From the NCBI GenBank assembly GCA_963737265.1, contig CAVTRY010000011.1:480001-544000 (forward strand): a stretch of 64,000 nt of DNA, given 5' to 3'. The position numbers and the translations under genes were made by a program. The notes beneath the pieces are model-generated. The model worked only from the letters and a program-made list of their open reading frames with translations. It was not told where the DNA came from and searched no databases. The number at the start of each line of letters is the position of its first letter. The stretch's first letter is position 1. This DNA is from an uncultured delta proteobacterium. GTDB lineage: Bacteria > Myxococcota_A > Polyangia > Fen-1088. Of this stretch, positions 9,020 through 19,153 are shown piece by piece.

Positions 9020-11128
9020 ATGATGTCGAAGAGCAAGTCGAAGTCCAGCGCACACACCCGGGCCAAGGCCAAGGCAAGGGCAAAGGCGAGCAAGAAGCCA
9101 GCGGCGACCGAGGCGAAGCCACTGGAGAATGGCGAGGTGGGAAAAAACGATCTGATGTACGGCGGCTTCCTGCTCCAGCTTGGCGACCACGACCTGCGCG
9201 AGAAGGAGCCCGCCGTGTACGGCGGCCTGATTCGCAAGCCAATCTTCAAGGACATGAAGGCCGCAGTCGCCCCTGGCGCCACCTCCGGCAACCTCATCAA
9301 TCGTGTCAACTTGGTCGCGGCCCTGCGGGACAATCTTTGGCACCTCGGCTTCTGGGTTTTTGCGCGCCAGCAAACTGGCAAGGGTGGCGTTGTCCGGCCA
9401 GTGGCATCAGACGCTTTCGACTGGCAAACCGCCTGGGCCGTGCGCGAATTCCAGATCGCCGCATCCATGCCCAACGTCGCCGTCGAAGACGTGAACAAGA
9501 AACCATCCGAAGATGAAGCCAAGAAGAAGGGCAGCTACCTCTCGCGCCTCTCGGCCAAGCCGAATGACAAGGTGTTCAATAATCCGCCATGCGGAGTCGT
9601 CACTTCGGAAACTGCCAACCTCATTGAGTACTGGATTGAACAACACTACCGCTGTCCCGTGGTCATCCAGGCCATGAAGATGGTTCCGGGACCGAAGCCC
9701 AAGGCAAAGAAGAAGGCGCCGCTTGTCATCGACAGCGTTCGGGTCGAGAACATTTGGCGCCACGACGAGGTCACGGCCGCAAATACGAAGATGTACGCCT
9801 GGGACTTCTCGGGCCACTATGACTTTCCTGGCGACCATACAAACGAACAGATTCCCGTCGGCAGTTTTAAGGCCAAAGGGAACTTCTGCGGGCCCATCGG
9901 GGATCGAAGAGATAGCTGGCCGGTAGCGCGGGTGACCCCGCAATCCTGGCGCGGAAAAGACTGGGCCTCGATGACCAGCAAGGAAAAGTCCACCTGGCGA
10001 GCCATCATGGCGGTGGCAGACCAGGAATGCGGCGGCGGCCTTGACGTCGTCAATTTCTGGGACAACTGCCACGGCTCCGCGGGACACTACCATTGGACCA
10101 TGCCCAAATCCAATGGGTCGGGTGGCGAGTTCTGCGGTCTAATGGCCATGCTGGAAGCGAAATTCCCCCAGGCTTTCAAGAAGTGCTTTGCTCAATTCGG
10201 CCTGTGGGGTCCGCGTTGGGTGGGCTCCACGGCCTCGGATAGGCGCGAGCAACTTCTTCCAGGCGTCACGTACGGCGGCTATGTGTACATCAAGGACGTG
10301 AACGGCAAATTCGTGCCTCAGCCGGAAGAGGGCAAGTTTCGCGAAGGTAACTGGCTGCGAAGCTGGCACGCGGCCTACCGTCTAGAGATGGCCGCGCGCA
10401 CCTGCGCGGACTATCGCAAGGCCATGTGGGACTACGCGCTGACGCGCCTCCAGGGCCTGCTTACCATGTCTGAGGTCGACGCCTGGCTACCTGCCGCATG
10501 CAAGACACCTGGCAAGCGCGTGACTCTGGGTGACGTCTTTACCAGCGAGCGAGGTGTGGCCTTCATCCTGCGCCTGCACGTCTGGCGACCGACCAGCTTC
10601 ACTAGCAAGACGCGGGAGCAAGTAGAGGTGAAGAACAAGAAGACCAGGAAGATCGAGAAGAAATGGGTTGGTCTGCCGATTCTTCACGATGCCTTGAAGA
10701 AGCTCATGGCCGAGGGAACGCTGATGAATGAGGATGGGTCGCCGATGACGGACGACACCGGCATCCTCAAATGGGAGATTCCCGTCAAGCAGTGGGAGGA
10801 TCGTCACGAGTGCAAACTGCTCGATGCAATGCTCAACTTCGCGGGACAGTACACCATGCAAGGCGCCAAGGGCAGCCTTCAACGTGCGCGATTCTGGCCG
10901 CTTCTAGTCGATGAAAAGACCTCCTACGGGCTTGTGTTGGAAAAGACTGGGCCAGACGAAAAGGGAAAGCCCGCCAAGACGATCAGCCCGAGCCTTGCGG
11001 TTCGACAGAATTCCCCGGGCCTTCCACGACGCCCAGGACGCGGAAAAGGCCAAGAGGCGGCGATTCGTCGTGATCTGGAGGAATTTCAGCCTAGCCCAAC
11101 GAGGAAATCCTTCCAATTGACGGATTGA
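9020..11128 (+). CDS. Large Lys-rich protein with degenerate PG-binding region and putative lysozyme-like catalytic domain
   Basis: LRDNLWHLGF...FDWQTAWAVREFQ; E-CGGGLDVVNFWD...SAGHYHWT motif; no signal peptide. Confidence 0.55.
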   Translation: MMSKSKSKSSAHTRAKAKARAKASKKPAATEAKPLENGEVGKNDLMYGGFLLQLGDHDLREKEPAVYGGLIRKPIFKDMKAAVAPGATSGNLINRVNLVAALRDNLWHLGFWVFARQQTGKGGVVRPVASDAFDWQTAWAVREFQIAASMPNVAVEDVNKKPSEDEAKKKGSYLSRLSAKPNDKVFNNPPCGVVTSETANLIEYWIEQHYRCPVVIQAMKMVPGPKPKAKKKAPLVIDSVRVENIWRHDEVTAANTKMYAWDFSGHYDFPGDHTNEQIPVGSFKAKGNFCGPIGDRRDSWPVARVTPQSWRGKDWASMTSKEKSTWRAIMAVADQECGGGLDVVNFWDNCHGSAGHYHWTMPKSNGSGGEFCGLMAMLEAKFPQAFKKCFAQFGLWGPRWVGSTASDRREQLLPGVTYGGYVYIKDVNGKFVPQPEEGKFREGNWLRSWHAAYRLEMAARTCADYRKAMWDYALTRLQGLLTMSEVDAWLPAACKTPGKRVTLGDVFTSERGVAFILRLHVWRPTSFTSKTREQVEVKNKKTRKIEKKWVGLPILHDALKKLMAEGTLMNEDGSPMTDDTGILKWEIPVKQWEDRHECKLLDAMLNFAGQYTMQGAKGSLQRARFWPLLVDEKTSYGLVLEKTGPDEKGKPAKTISPSLAVRQNSPGLPRRPGRGKGQEAAIRRDLEEFQPSPTRKSFQLTD

Positions 11129-11401
11129 CCTGCGCGCGGTGAACTATTGTCTCACACCTGCGTTCTCTGCCTTTTCCCACTCCGAAAGGTCGGCGCACTC
11201 CTCCGGCTTGCTATTGCACTTGGTACGCGTGCACAATGACCTTCCTCGTTGGATAGATGCAGACGGAACGAATGGCGCTGCCTGGCCGTTCGACCACACC
11301 GACGCTCGTGTTGACGTCGGAGGCCTCCAGGTCTGAAGTGGACCCCAAAAATGGGACCAGGAGCTAAGGTGTAGTCCGCCTCAACAACGAGGCAGGACAC
11401 G

Positions 11402-11695
11402 ATGAAAACGAACCGCCAAAAGCACACAGCACTCTTCAAGGCGCAGGTAGCTCTCGAAGCCATGCGGGAGCAGGCAACGGTTGTGGAGATCGGGCGCCGA
11501 TACAAGATCAACCCGAACCTGGTTCACAAGTGGAAGAAGGAAGCCGTCACACGGCTGGCCATGGTTTTCGAACCAGGCCATGCAAATGCAGAGGAATCGG
11601 CGAACGCCGAACGCGAATCGGAATTGCTGCGCAAGGTGGGGCAGCTGACGCTGGAGAATGATTTTTTAGCACGCGGGCTCGCGCGCATTCGCTGA
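11402..11695 (+). CDS. IS3 transposase OrfA (HTH)
   Basis: FKAQVALEA...VHKWKK...LLRKVGQLTLENDFL; T6 run near 11661 is a candidate -1 frameshift site. Confidence 0.92.
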   Translation: MKTNRQKHTALFKAQVALEAMREQATVVEIGRRYKINPNLVHKWKKEAVTRLAMVFEPGHANAEESANAERESELLRKVGQLTLENDFLARGLARIR

Positions 11696-11709
11696 CGGAG
11701 AAGCGCGCC

Positions 11710-12546
11710 ATGATCGAGCCCCACAACGACCTATCTGTCCGTCGGCAGTGCGAGCTGCTGAATCTTGCGAGATCGGGCATCTACTGGGAGCCGATGCCGA
11801 TGGCAGAGGAAGATCTGGCCATCTGCAAGGAGCTGGACAAGCTGCATCTTGAATTGCCAGCATTCGGCAGCCGGAAGCTGTCACGGTTGCTAAAGGCACA
11901 GGGGCAGACGGTGAATCGCAAACGGGTGCAGAGACTGATGCGAATCATGGGCATCGAAGCGCTGGCGCCCAAACCACGGACGACCGTGCCCGCGCCGGAA
12001 CATACGAAATTCCCGTACTTGCTGCGCCATCTCGCGATCATTCGGCCCAATCAGGTGTGGGCCTCGGATATCACGTACATCCCGACGAGACAGGGGCATT
12101 GCTACCTGGTCGCCGTGATGGATTGGTACACGCGCCGGGTTCTGTCCTGGCGCATTTCAAACACGATGGACAGCCGTTTTTGCATCGAGGTCGTGGAAGA
12201 AGCTCTTGCGAACTTCGGCTTGCCGGAGATCTTCAACACCGACCAGGGGTCGCAGTTTACCGACGACAACTTCACATCGGTTTTGCTGGACAAGGGCGTA
12301 AAGGTCAGCATGGACGGTCGCGGCCGATTCATGGACAACATCTTCGTCGAGCGTCTATGGCGGTCTGTCAAATGCGAGGAGGTCTACTTGAACGACTACC
12401 GAGACGTGGCCGACGCCCGCAGTGGCATCGCGATCTACCTGGACAAGTACAACCACAGGCGGCCTCACCAAACCCTTGGATTTCAGACACCCGTAGCGTT
12501 TTACGAATTCGAACTAAAGAAGTCGGCGATGAAAGAGGCCGCCTAA
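11710..12546 (+). CDS. IS3 transposase OrfB (DDE integrase core)
   Basis: WASDITY, FNTDQGSQF, DNIFVERLWRSVK. Confidence 0.95.
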   Translation: MIEPHNDLSVRRQCELLNLARSGIYWEPMPMAEEDLAICKELDKLHLELPAFGSRKLSRLLKAQGQTVNRKRVQRLMRIMGIEALAPKPRTTVPAPEHTKFPYLLRHLAIIRPNQVWASDITYIPTRQGHCYLVAVMDWYTRRVLSWRISNTMDSRFCIEVVEEALANFGLPEIFNTDQGSQFTDDNFTSVLLDKGVKVSMDGRGRFMDNIFVERLWRSVKCEEVYLNDYRDVADARSGIAIYLDKYNHRRPHQTLGFQTPVAFYEFELKKSAMKEAA

Positions 12547-14179
12547 ATCGCCGCTGCATCATGCTGATGGCACGCTGCCCACAACTGCAACGCGTTCACC
12601 TGCTTCTGTGGGGCCGTGCGCGCATTGCATCCGTGGACAGCAGCCATCAGCATGCCTCCGCTCTCAACAATTTCCTTGCCGGCGAGGCTCACCCGGATCT
12701 ACAAACAAACCCACGCGGACTCTCTCTTAGCTCGGGCCATTTCTGGTCCTACCAAAGGGGTCCACTTCAGTCCACCTGCGGGTCGTTGTAGTTGAGCTCG
12801 GTGTTCCGACCCAATATCTCCCGATAGTCGCCAAGACGGCCGCAACCGATTGTCACGGAAAATGCGTTCCAGCGAATGGTTGGAAGGCCGTATCCGTTCA
12901 AACCCGACGATGACAAATCTTCCCATCGACCGTCCCACCCGAAGACTAGATCGCCTAGGCCGTCGCCGTTGATATCCCCCGCCCAAACGATCCTTCCGTC
13001 ACGCTCTCCGGTCGGATTGCCCTTCCATGCCGTCGTTCCAGTGAGATCCCAGGCCGGCAGGCCACGATCCTCGTCCGGCGGGTGGCTTGAACACCAAGCC
13101 AGGGTTTGGGCGCGCAGCTTCGACTGAGCCGCTCGCGCAGCAATCGCCTTCCTGCGTGCCTCGTTGGCCGTCGCGCATTTTGTTGCCCCCAGGCTGCATG
13201 GTCCTCCGCAGAGAGCGCGGTTGAATGCGGTGCCGGGCGCATCGGGCGCGGGTAACCCGCTGAGGCATCTGATGCATGAGGCGTCGTCGCCCCGGTGATA
13301 GTTGACCATGGCCTCATCCTTGGCGAGGGCTTCGGCAACATCCGGCGTAATTTCCTTGCCGCAAGTGCGGCGGTACTTGGTGATCAGGCGCAGGGCGCTG
13401 TCGCGAAAGGCGGCCTTGTCCAATTTTGTGACGAGCTGGCGAGCTTTCTTGAAATCGCACGGTACGGTCTGATCCGAATCGTAGTCCTCCACCGTTCGGT
13501 CTCGGTCCTTGGCGCGTCTGATATCCTCTTCAATTTCCTCCTGGCGCTTCTTGACGCCGGCCTTGCAACTCCCCGCAAGAAGCGCCTTGGAACAATCGCC
13601 GCCACAGTAGCCGAACGACTTGTTGATTTCGCCTGCCGGCCCACCGCGCTCGACCAGCCGCAAGCCACGCTCGGCGACACGCCGGCAGCCGTCGAGGCCG
13701 GGGGGATCGTCTTTCAGAAACATCCTGACGATCTGGATGAGTATGTCGAGGTGGTCGCTGCTGTCGATCTTCCCCTTACAGAGTTCCAGCTCATGCTCGA
13801 AGGATCGAATCGTGTCCGCCGTCTTAATCGACGCGGCTTTGTCGAATCCGCGGTTGAGAACCTTGTGATAAGTACACTCCGCATCTTCCGCCGCCGCCGT
13901 TTTGGCCACCCCCGCGCAGGCGCAAACGACCGCGAGCGACAGCCACCAGCGGCGGGATGTCGGCGCGGCGTCGCCGCGTGTTCTATTTATCGAAAGGTCC
14001 TCTCGGACAAACCAGCCAAACATGCCAACGGTCTGCCTGGCAGTCGGAAATCTGTCAAGCAGGCATCGCGAGGCGTGCAACCGCAGCTTCCCAGCGATGC
14101 TGTGGTCGGTGGTGCTTGCCTGGCCTCCGGGTAGGCGTTCCCCAGCGATCGGGTGGAACCGAAAAGCGTTTTGGATCGG

Positions 14180-16321
14180 CTACGGTTTGTACTCGTCTGC
14201 CCCGCAGTCGCAGGCCGTGCCTTGCGGGCGGGTGTTGCCGTCGATGTCGTCGGGCGGGCAGGTATTGCCGCCGGCGTTCACACAGGGCGATGTTGCTGAC
14301 AGGTGGTAGGGGACGCTGCTGAAGGCTGGCGCCGCCGTGGATGTCGTGGCGTCGGTTTGGCAGTTGGCGGAGAAATTGGCGGTGCCGTTGCCGTTCGCGA
14401 GAATTCCGGTGACGGCGTAGGTGGCACCGCATACCACGCCGCCGAATCCATTGTTCACAACGGTATTGAACGCGAACTTGGTCGGGCCCGTTCCTGTGTA
14501 GGCACCGAGGTTGACCCCGGGAAAATTCATTCCGCCATTGCCCGCGATCACGGTATTGACGATGTCGAAGGCCGACGCGGTGGTCAGGATGCCGGTGCCG
14601 GTGTTGCCAAGCACATAGCAGCGATCCATGTGCAGGATGGACTCGCCGGTGACGCTGACGCCAACACCGTAGCCACCGGAAATCGTGAGGTCGCGCAAGG
14701 TGACTTCGCCGGCCGTGATTGCCACCACCGGAATCGCACCGCCCGGCGGACGCCCGAGGATCGCCGATGCTTGTCCCGCGACCAGCACGGGCTTGGTGGT
14801 GACTGCGAAAACCAGGTTCGTCGTTGGCGCGACAGTGCCCCGTACCACAATGACCGACTTGGTCGCCGACAGAGCCGCAACGGCGTCATCGGGAAAGCAG
14901 AACGGCGATGCCGCCGTGCCGATGCCTCGGTTGAGCGTGGAGCACGAGGGGCTATTCTGCACGTAGATGAGGTTGGCGTCCGGGCAGGCGCCGCTGAGGT
15001 CGCAAACCCCCGCAGTCGAGATGCCCACGCATTCCGAGTCGCCCTTGCACGTGCGGCACTTGTTGGTGTCGCAGATGGGATTGGCGGCGGCGCAGTCGGA
15101 ATTGAGCAGACAGCCCACGCACTGGCCGCCCACTGTCGCCGTGGTCGAGGGGGCGCACACGGGTGTGGCTCCGCCGCACGGATTGGTGGCAACCTTGTCG
15201 CAACCTGTGCAGGAGTTGGCTACGCAGAAGTGCTTGGCCGCGCTGGCGGTGCAGAGGGTGCTGTCGACGCACTCCACGCACTGGCCGGCCAGCACGCCGG
15301 TGGCGGCGCACGCGGCCTTCGCGCCCGTGCACGCGGTGGCGCCCGCGTTCTGGCAGCCGGTGCAGACGTTGTTCACGCAGAACCCCTTAGCCGGATCCGC
15401 CGTACAACCGCTGGCATCCACGCATTCCACGCACTGGCCGGCAAGCGTGCCGGTGGTGGCACACGCGGTCCTGCCGTCGGTCCTAGCCGCGCACCCGGCG
15501 GCACCCGTCGTGCCGCAGCCGGTGCACGCGTTGGCCACGCAGAAAGCCTTGGCCGGATCGGCCGCGCACTGGCCATCCGCCATGCACTGCACGCACTGGC
15601 CCGCGGCAGTCCCGCTGCTGGCACAGACCGTCTTCCCGTTGGTACGCGTGGCACAGCCAGTGGCGCCCGTCGTATTGCAGCCCGCGCATGTGTTGGCCAC
15701 GCAGAAGCCTTTGGCCGGATCTTTCGTGCATTGCCCGTCCGCCGTGCAATCGACGCATTTTCCAGAGACCGGATCGCACACCTGCGTTCCGCAAGCACTC
15801 GCGCCCGCCGCCTGGCAGCCCACGCACACTTCCGCCACGCAAAACGCATTCGCTGAGTTGGTGCAGTCGCTGTTCACGCCGCAGCTGCCCGCTGAATCGG
15901 GCACGCGCGAATCGACCGCGCTATCGACTCCGTGCGCGTCGATGGCAGCATCGAGCGCGCCTGAGTCGCGCGGCTCGATGGAGGCGTCCGATGCCGGCTG
16001 CACATCCGATGCAACAGCCGGCGCATCGCTTGCCGGCCTGTCTGCCGGTCTATCGCCTGACCCTGCGCCGTCTGTCCCCACACCTTTCGCGTCGGCCGTG
16101 GCGTCCGCGCTCGCCCCGCCATCGATGAGCTTCGCGCAACCTGGATCCGTGGCGGTGCCGTCGCAGACGCAGACATTCCTGCTTGGGTCGCAAGTGAAGC
16201 CAGCGCCGCATTCGTCGCTGGTCGCGCACGCGACCTCCTCCGACTTGGTGGGAAGGCACGCGGGCAGGGCCGCCGAAAGGAATCCGACAAGAACACAAAG
16301 GCGAAGCAAGGATGCGCGCAT
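14180..16321 (-). CDS. Cys-rich repeat lipoprotein with C-terminal parallel beta-helix domain
   Basis: Lipoprotein-type leader; repeated CVxC...C...FCVxNxCTGC units; C-terminal YHLSATSPCVNAG...DIDGNTRP...DCGADEY. Confidence 0.75.
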   Translation of the reverse strand: MRASLLRLCVLVGFLSAALPACLPTKSEEVACATSDECGAGFTCDPSRNVCVCDGTATDPGCAKLIDGGASADATADAKGVGTDGAGSGDRPADRPASDAPAVASDVQPASDASIEPRDSGALDAAIDAHGVDSAVDSRVPDSAGSCGVNSDCTNSANAFCVAEVCVGCQAAGASACGTQVCDPVSGKCVDCTADGQCTKDPAKGFCVANTCAGCNTTGATGCATRTNGKTVCASSGTAAGQCVQCMADGQCAADPAKAFCVANACTGCGTTGAAGCAARTDGRTACATTGTLAGQCVECVDASGCTADPAKGFCVNNVCTGCQNAGATACTGAKAACAATGVLAGQCVECVDSTLCTASAAKHFCVANSCTGCDKVATNPCGGATPVCAPSTTATVGGQCVGCLLNSDCAAANPICDTNKCRTCKGDSECVGISTAGVCDLSGACPDANLIYVQNSPSCSTLNRGIGTAASPFCFPDDAVAALSATKSVIVVRGTVAPTTNLVFAVTTKPVLVAGQASAILGRPPGGAIPVVAITAGEVTLRDLTISGGYGVGVSVTGESILHMDRCYVLGNTGTGILTTASAFDIVNTVIAGNGGMNFPGVNLGAYTGTGPTKFAFNTVVNNGFGGVVCGATYAVTGILANGNGTANFSANCQTDATTSTAAPAFSSVPYHLSATSPCVNAGGNTCPPDDIDGNTRPQGTACDCGADEYKP

Positions 16322-16323
16322 GG

Positions 16324-17235
16324 CTAGAACCTCACGCTGAGCGCCACATGGTTGGGGGATGCCGAAACCGAGGTCGTCGACGAGGGTGTGGTGATTTCCC
16401 AAATCACCCCCGCCACGACGAGCACGCCCCCGCCCACCAGGCCGATTACGCCCAAGGTGTGGGAAGAATAGACGTCGCACATCTTGGCGGTCGGGCCGGC
16501 CGAGCACGTCCCGGTGGACTTGCCGTCCTCGTAAAGCCCCCAAGCGCCGTAGCCGATAGCCAAGACCCCCACGCCCATCACCGTCCACGGCACCCACGCC
16601 ACTCCGCCTGACTCCGGCGGCGGCGGCGGCTCAACCAGATTTGCGGCGGGCGTCGGGCCAGGCGCCGATTCCGCTGCCGGCGCCGCTTCCGCCGGAATAG
16701 ATTTCTCTTCCGCGGTTGGGGTCGCGGCCTCCGCCATGGCAGCCGCGTCGGCAACGAGCCGCTCCGTCTCGCCCGCCAGGGCCTTGCGGACATTGGTGGC
16801 CACGGCCTCGGCGAGCTCGGCGCCCGAGCACACCGCGCACTCGCCACCGAATTCCCCTACCCATCCGCTCCCGTTCCTGCCGTTCTTGCTCCAAACCTTG
16901 ACGGTGAAGCTATACACGCTGCCGCTGTAGTTGCCGTCGATGGAGAGGACGGTTTCGACCAGCTCGCGCTGGGCAATCTCGCGCGGGCAGTCCTTGGCCA
17001 GGCAGCCGTTGGGGCCGGTTTCCACCTTTAGCGGCGCCCAGCCGCTGTCCTTCACGCTGGCCTCGACCTTTTCCCACACCTTGGAGCGATACTTCTGTGC
17101 CTTGGGCGCGAAGGCGATGGATTCCCCGACCACCACATGCTTCGCCTCCGCGCCGCCCGTTTCCGCCCAGGCCACGCCCGCGCCGGTCAGGATCAGCGTC
17201 ACCAGAAGAACCATCTTGACTAGTCTGTTTCGCAT
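16324..17235 (-). CDS. Hypothetical secreted/membrane protein
   Basis: Signal peptide, Pro/Ala linker, two Gly-rich hydrophobic segments, terminal LSVRF; RBS AGGAG. Confidence 0.65.
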   Translation of the reverse strand: MRNRLVKMVLLVTLILTGAGVAWAETGGAEAKHVVVGESIAFAPKAQKYRSKVWEKVEASVKDSGWAPLKVETGPNGCLAKDCPREIAQRELVETVLSIDGNYSGSVYSFTVKVWSKNGRNGSGWVGEFGGECAVCSGAELAEAVATNVRKALAGETERLVADAAAMAEAATPTAEEKSIPAEAAPAAESAPGPTPAANLVEPPPPPESGGVAWVPWTVMGVGVLAIGYGAWGLYEDGKSTGTCSAGPTAKMCDVYSSHTLGVIGLVGGGVLVVAGVIWEITTPSSTTSVSASPNHVALSVRF

Positions 17236-17262
17236 CGAGGCTCCTTTATTGCGCGCTTCAAG

Positions 17263-18951
17263 CTACTGATTGTCCAAGCGCTCGCGCGTGCTGTCCAGGC
17301 CGGCGCGAGCGTCGCTGTTTTCGGGATCCTTGGCCACAGCCTTGCGGAACTCGGCCTCGGCTTCCTTGAGTCGCTCCATCTTCAACAGAAGGCGGCCGGC
17401 CATGATACGCGCCTTGGCGCCGCCCCCGGCCCGCGCTGCCTGGCGCGCCAGTCGTAACGCCTTGTTGGGGTGTCCGTCCATCACCTGCGTCTCCGCGTCT
17501 TCTAGGAGCTCGCCGCTGCTTCGCCGAGGTTCGACGTGCGCCGGCTCCTCTAGTGGCTCCGCGGGCGGCGAATTCGTGGGCGGGGGCAACGCCTGCACCG
17601 CCGCTGGCGGAATTGTTTCCGGCAGCGAGAGCGTGGCCGCTGGCGCCACCACGCGCGCGTCTGGGTAGACCGCCAAAGCTCGGCTCGGGGACGATTGCAG
17701 CAGCGCTGGCATCGTCGCCCGCGCTGGGCTGCGCCGCGGAAAAATCGCCCAAAACACGGCAGGTACAGCGGCCGCGCACAGGACGATAAGTGCAAGCGCG
17801 CCCCATTTTCGGCGTGGACTGGGCGAGGTTTCCATGTCCCGTGCAGGCTGCTTGGGAGTGGGGACTTGGTCGAGCAGCGGCCGCGCCCCGGCGACCAGAG
17901 ACGCCAGCAGCTCGTCCTTTCGGACGGCGCTGTAGCGGGAAAGCAGCGTCGCCACCTGCCGCTCGCCGAGAAAAGCCGTCGGGATGAAATGCGACACGAC
18001 CTGCTGGAAGTCCTCGGCGCGCTGATAGCGAAACTCGGGATCCGCGGCCATCGCCTTGGCCACGATGCGATCGAGCGCAATGGAAATCTCGGAGTTGAAG
18101 GCGGAAGGCGGTGGAAATCGTTCGTTCGGCTCCGTCGATTCCGCGACGATGGATCCCGGATCCTTGCCCGAAAGCAGATACCAATAGAGCAGCCCCAGGG
18201 AATAGAGGTCGGCCCGGCGGTCGAGCTTCCCGCCCCGCGCCAGCTCCGGGGCGGTCCAGTTGGGCTTGCCGAGCCAGCCGCCCCGTTGGGTCAGGCCGTC
18301 CTCCAGCATGGTGGACTTGGCCACGCCGAAGTCGATCAGCTTCACCTCGCCGGTGAAGGAAAGCAAGACGTTCTCGGGCGTGACGTCGCGGTGGACGAGG
18401 CCACGCCCCTGGAAATCGTGCAGGTAGGCCAGCCCGCGCGCGATCTGGGAGACAATATACGAGGCGGTTGCGACCGGGATGGCGTCGCCGGTGGACGTGG
18501 CCGCCGAGACCAGCGAGCGGAGATCCTTGCCGTGCACGAATTCCTGAACCAGATAGGGGCCCTGTTCCTCGCCCGCGTGGTACGTCTGGGCGATCGAGCC
18601 GTGCGACAGCGACATCGCGATCTTGGCCTCGCGCCGAAAGCGCCGATCCATCTTGGGCGGCTCCCCCGCCGGAACATTCGCCCACACCGTGCCCATGCGC
18701 TTGACCACGCACAACTTCTCGGCGCCCTGGGTCCCCATGAGCGCCAGGTATACGCGGCCCATTCCGCCCTCGCCGAGAAACTGCATCAAGACGTAGGGCC
18801 CGAAACGGAAGGGAAACTTGCTTACCTCGTCTTCGCGCAGCTTGGGAGGACCGGGGATCGTCGTGGGAAAGGGCAGCGGAGCATCCGGCAACGTTGGGCA
18901 CGGGGCCGGATGCTTGAGCTTGCCTATTTTACCCTTGGGCATGGTCGCCAT
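17263..18951 (-). CDS. Membrane Ser/Thr protein kinase with C-terminal TPR
   Basis: LGEGGMGRVY, VVKRM, HRDVTPENVLL, DFG, APE; TM helix; TPR tail. Confidence 0.92.
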   Translation of the reverse strand: MATMPKGKIGKLKHPAPCPTLPDAPLPFPTTIPGPPKLREDEVSKFPFRFGPYVLMQFLGEGGMGRVYLALMGTQGAEKLCVVKRMGTVWANVPAGEPPKMDRRFRREAKIAMSLSHGSIAQTYHAGEEQGPYLVQEFVHGKDLRSLVSAATSTGDAIPVATASYIVSQIARGLAYLHDFQGRGLVHRDVTPENVLLSFTGEVKLIDFGVAKSTMLEDGLTQRGGWLGKPNWTAPELARGGKLDRRADLYSLGLLYWYLLSGKDPGSIVAESTEPNERFPPPSAFNSEISIALDRIVAKAMAADPEFRYQRAEDFQQVVSHFIPTAFLGERQVATLLSRYSAVRKDELLASLVAGARPLLDQVPTPKQPARDMETSPSPRRKWGALALIVLCAAAVPAVFWAIFPRRSPARATMPALLQSSPSRALAVYPDARVVAPAATLSLPETIPPAAVQALPPPTNSPPAEPLEEPAHVEPRRSSGELLEDAETQVMDGHPNKALRLARQAARAGGGAKARIMAGRLLLKMERLKEAEAEFRKAVAKDPENSDARAGLDSTRERLDNQ

Positions 18952-18954
18952 GAC

Positions 18955-18990
18955 TCAGGAATAATGGATAGTTCAGGAATAATAGATGGT
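18955..18990. repeat. 18-bp tandem repeat upstream of kinase start
   Basis: TCAGGAATAATGGATAGT / TCAGGAATAATAGATGGT, 16/18 identical. Confidence 0.8.
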
Positions 18991-19153
18991 TATGGTGATA
19001 GCAGCCCCGACGCCCAAGGGCAAACCCGGCGAGGCAACTGATTCGATGCTCCAGCAAAGCCTTCCGCGACGTCAAAGAAATGGCGCATGGAAACGTCGCC
19101 GCCCGACCGGCCTGCAAGAACAGCGGTAAGACGCTGCATCCGGGAAAGGGGTC

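Larger units (their letters stand above)
11334..12769 (+). mobile_element. IS3-family insertion sequence, 1436 bp
   Basis: Ends TG...CA; inverted repeats TGAAGTGGACCCC-N7-GGACCAG; GTC duplicated at 11331-11333 and 12770-12772. Confidence 0.95.
11211..14023 (-). pseudogene. Secreted Cys-rich protein gene interrupted by IS3
   Basis: Signal peptide WWLSLAVVCACAGVAKTAAA; ORF stops at a TGA inside the IS end; removing the IS and one GTC continues in frame (LEASDVNTSVGVVERPG...) to a stop at 11211-11213; start uncertain. Confidence 0.7.

Noticed and set aside
14303-16340. Long plus-strand ORFs (517 aa, 457 aa)
   Set aside because: Antisense shadows of the Cys-rich repeat gene, typical of high-GC DNA
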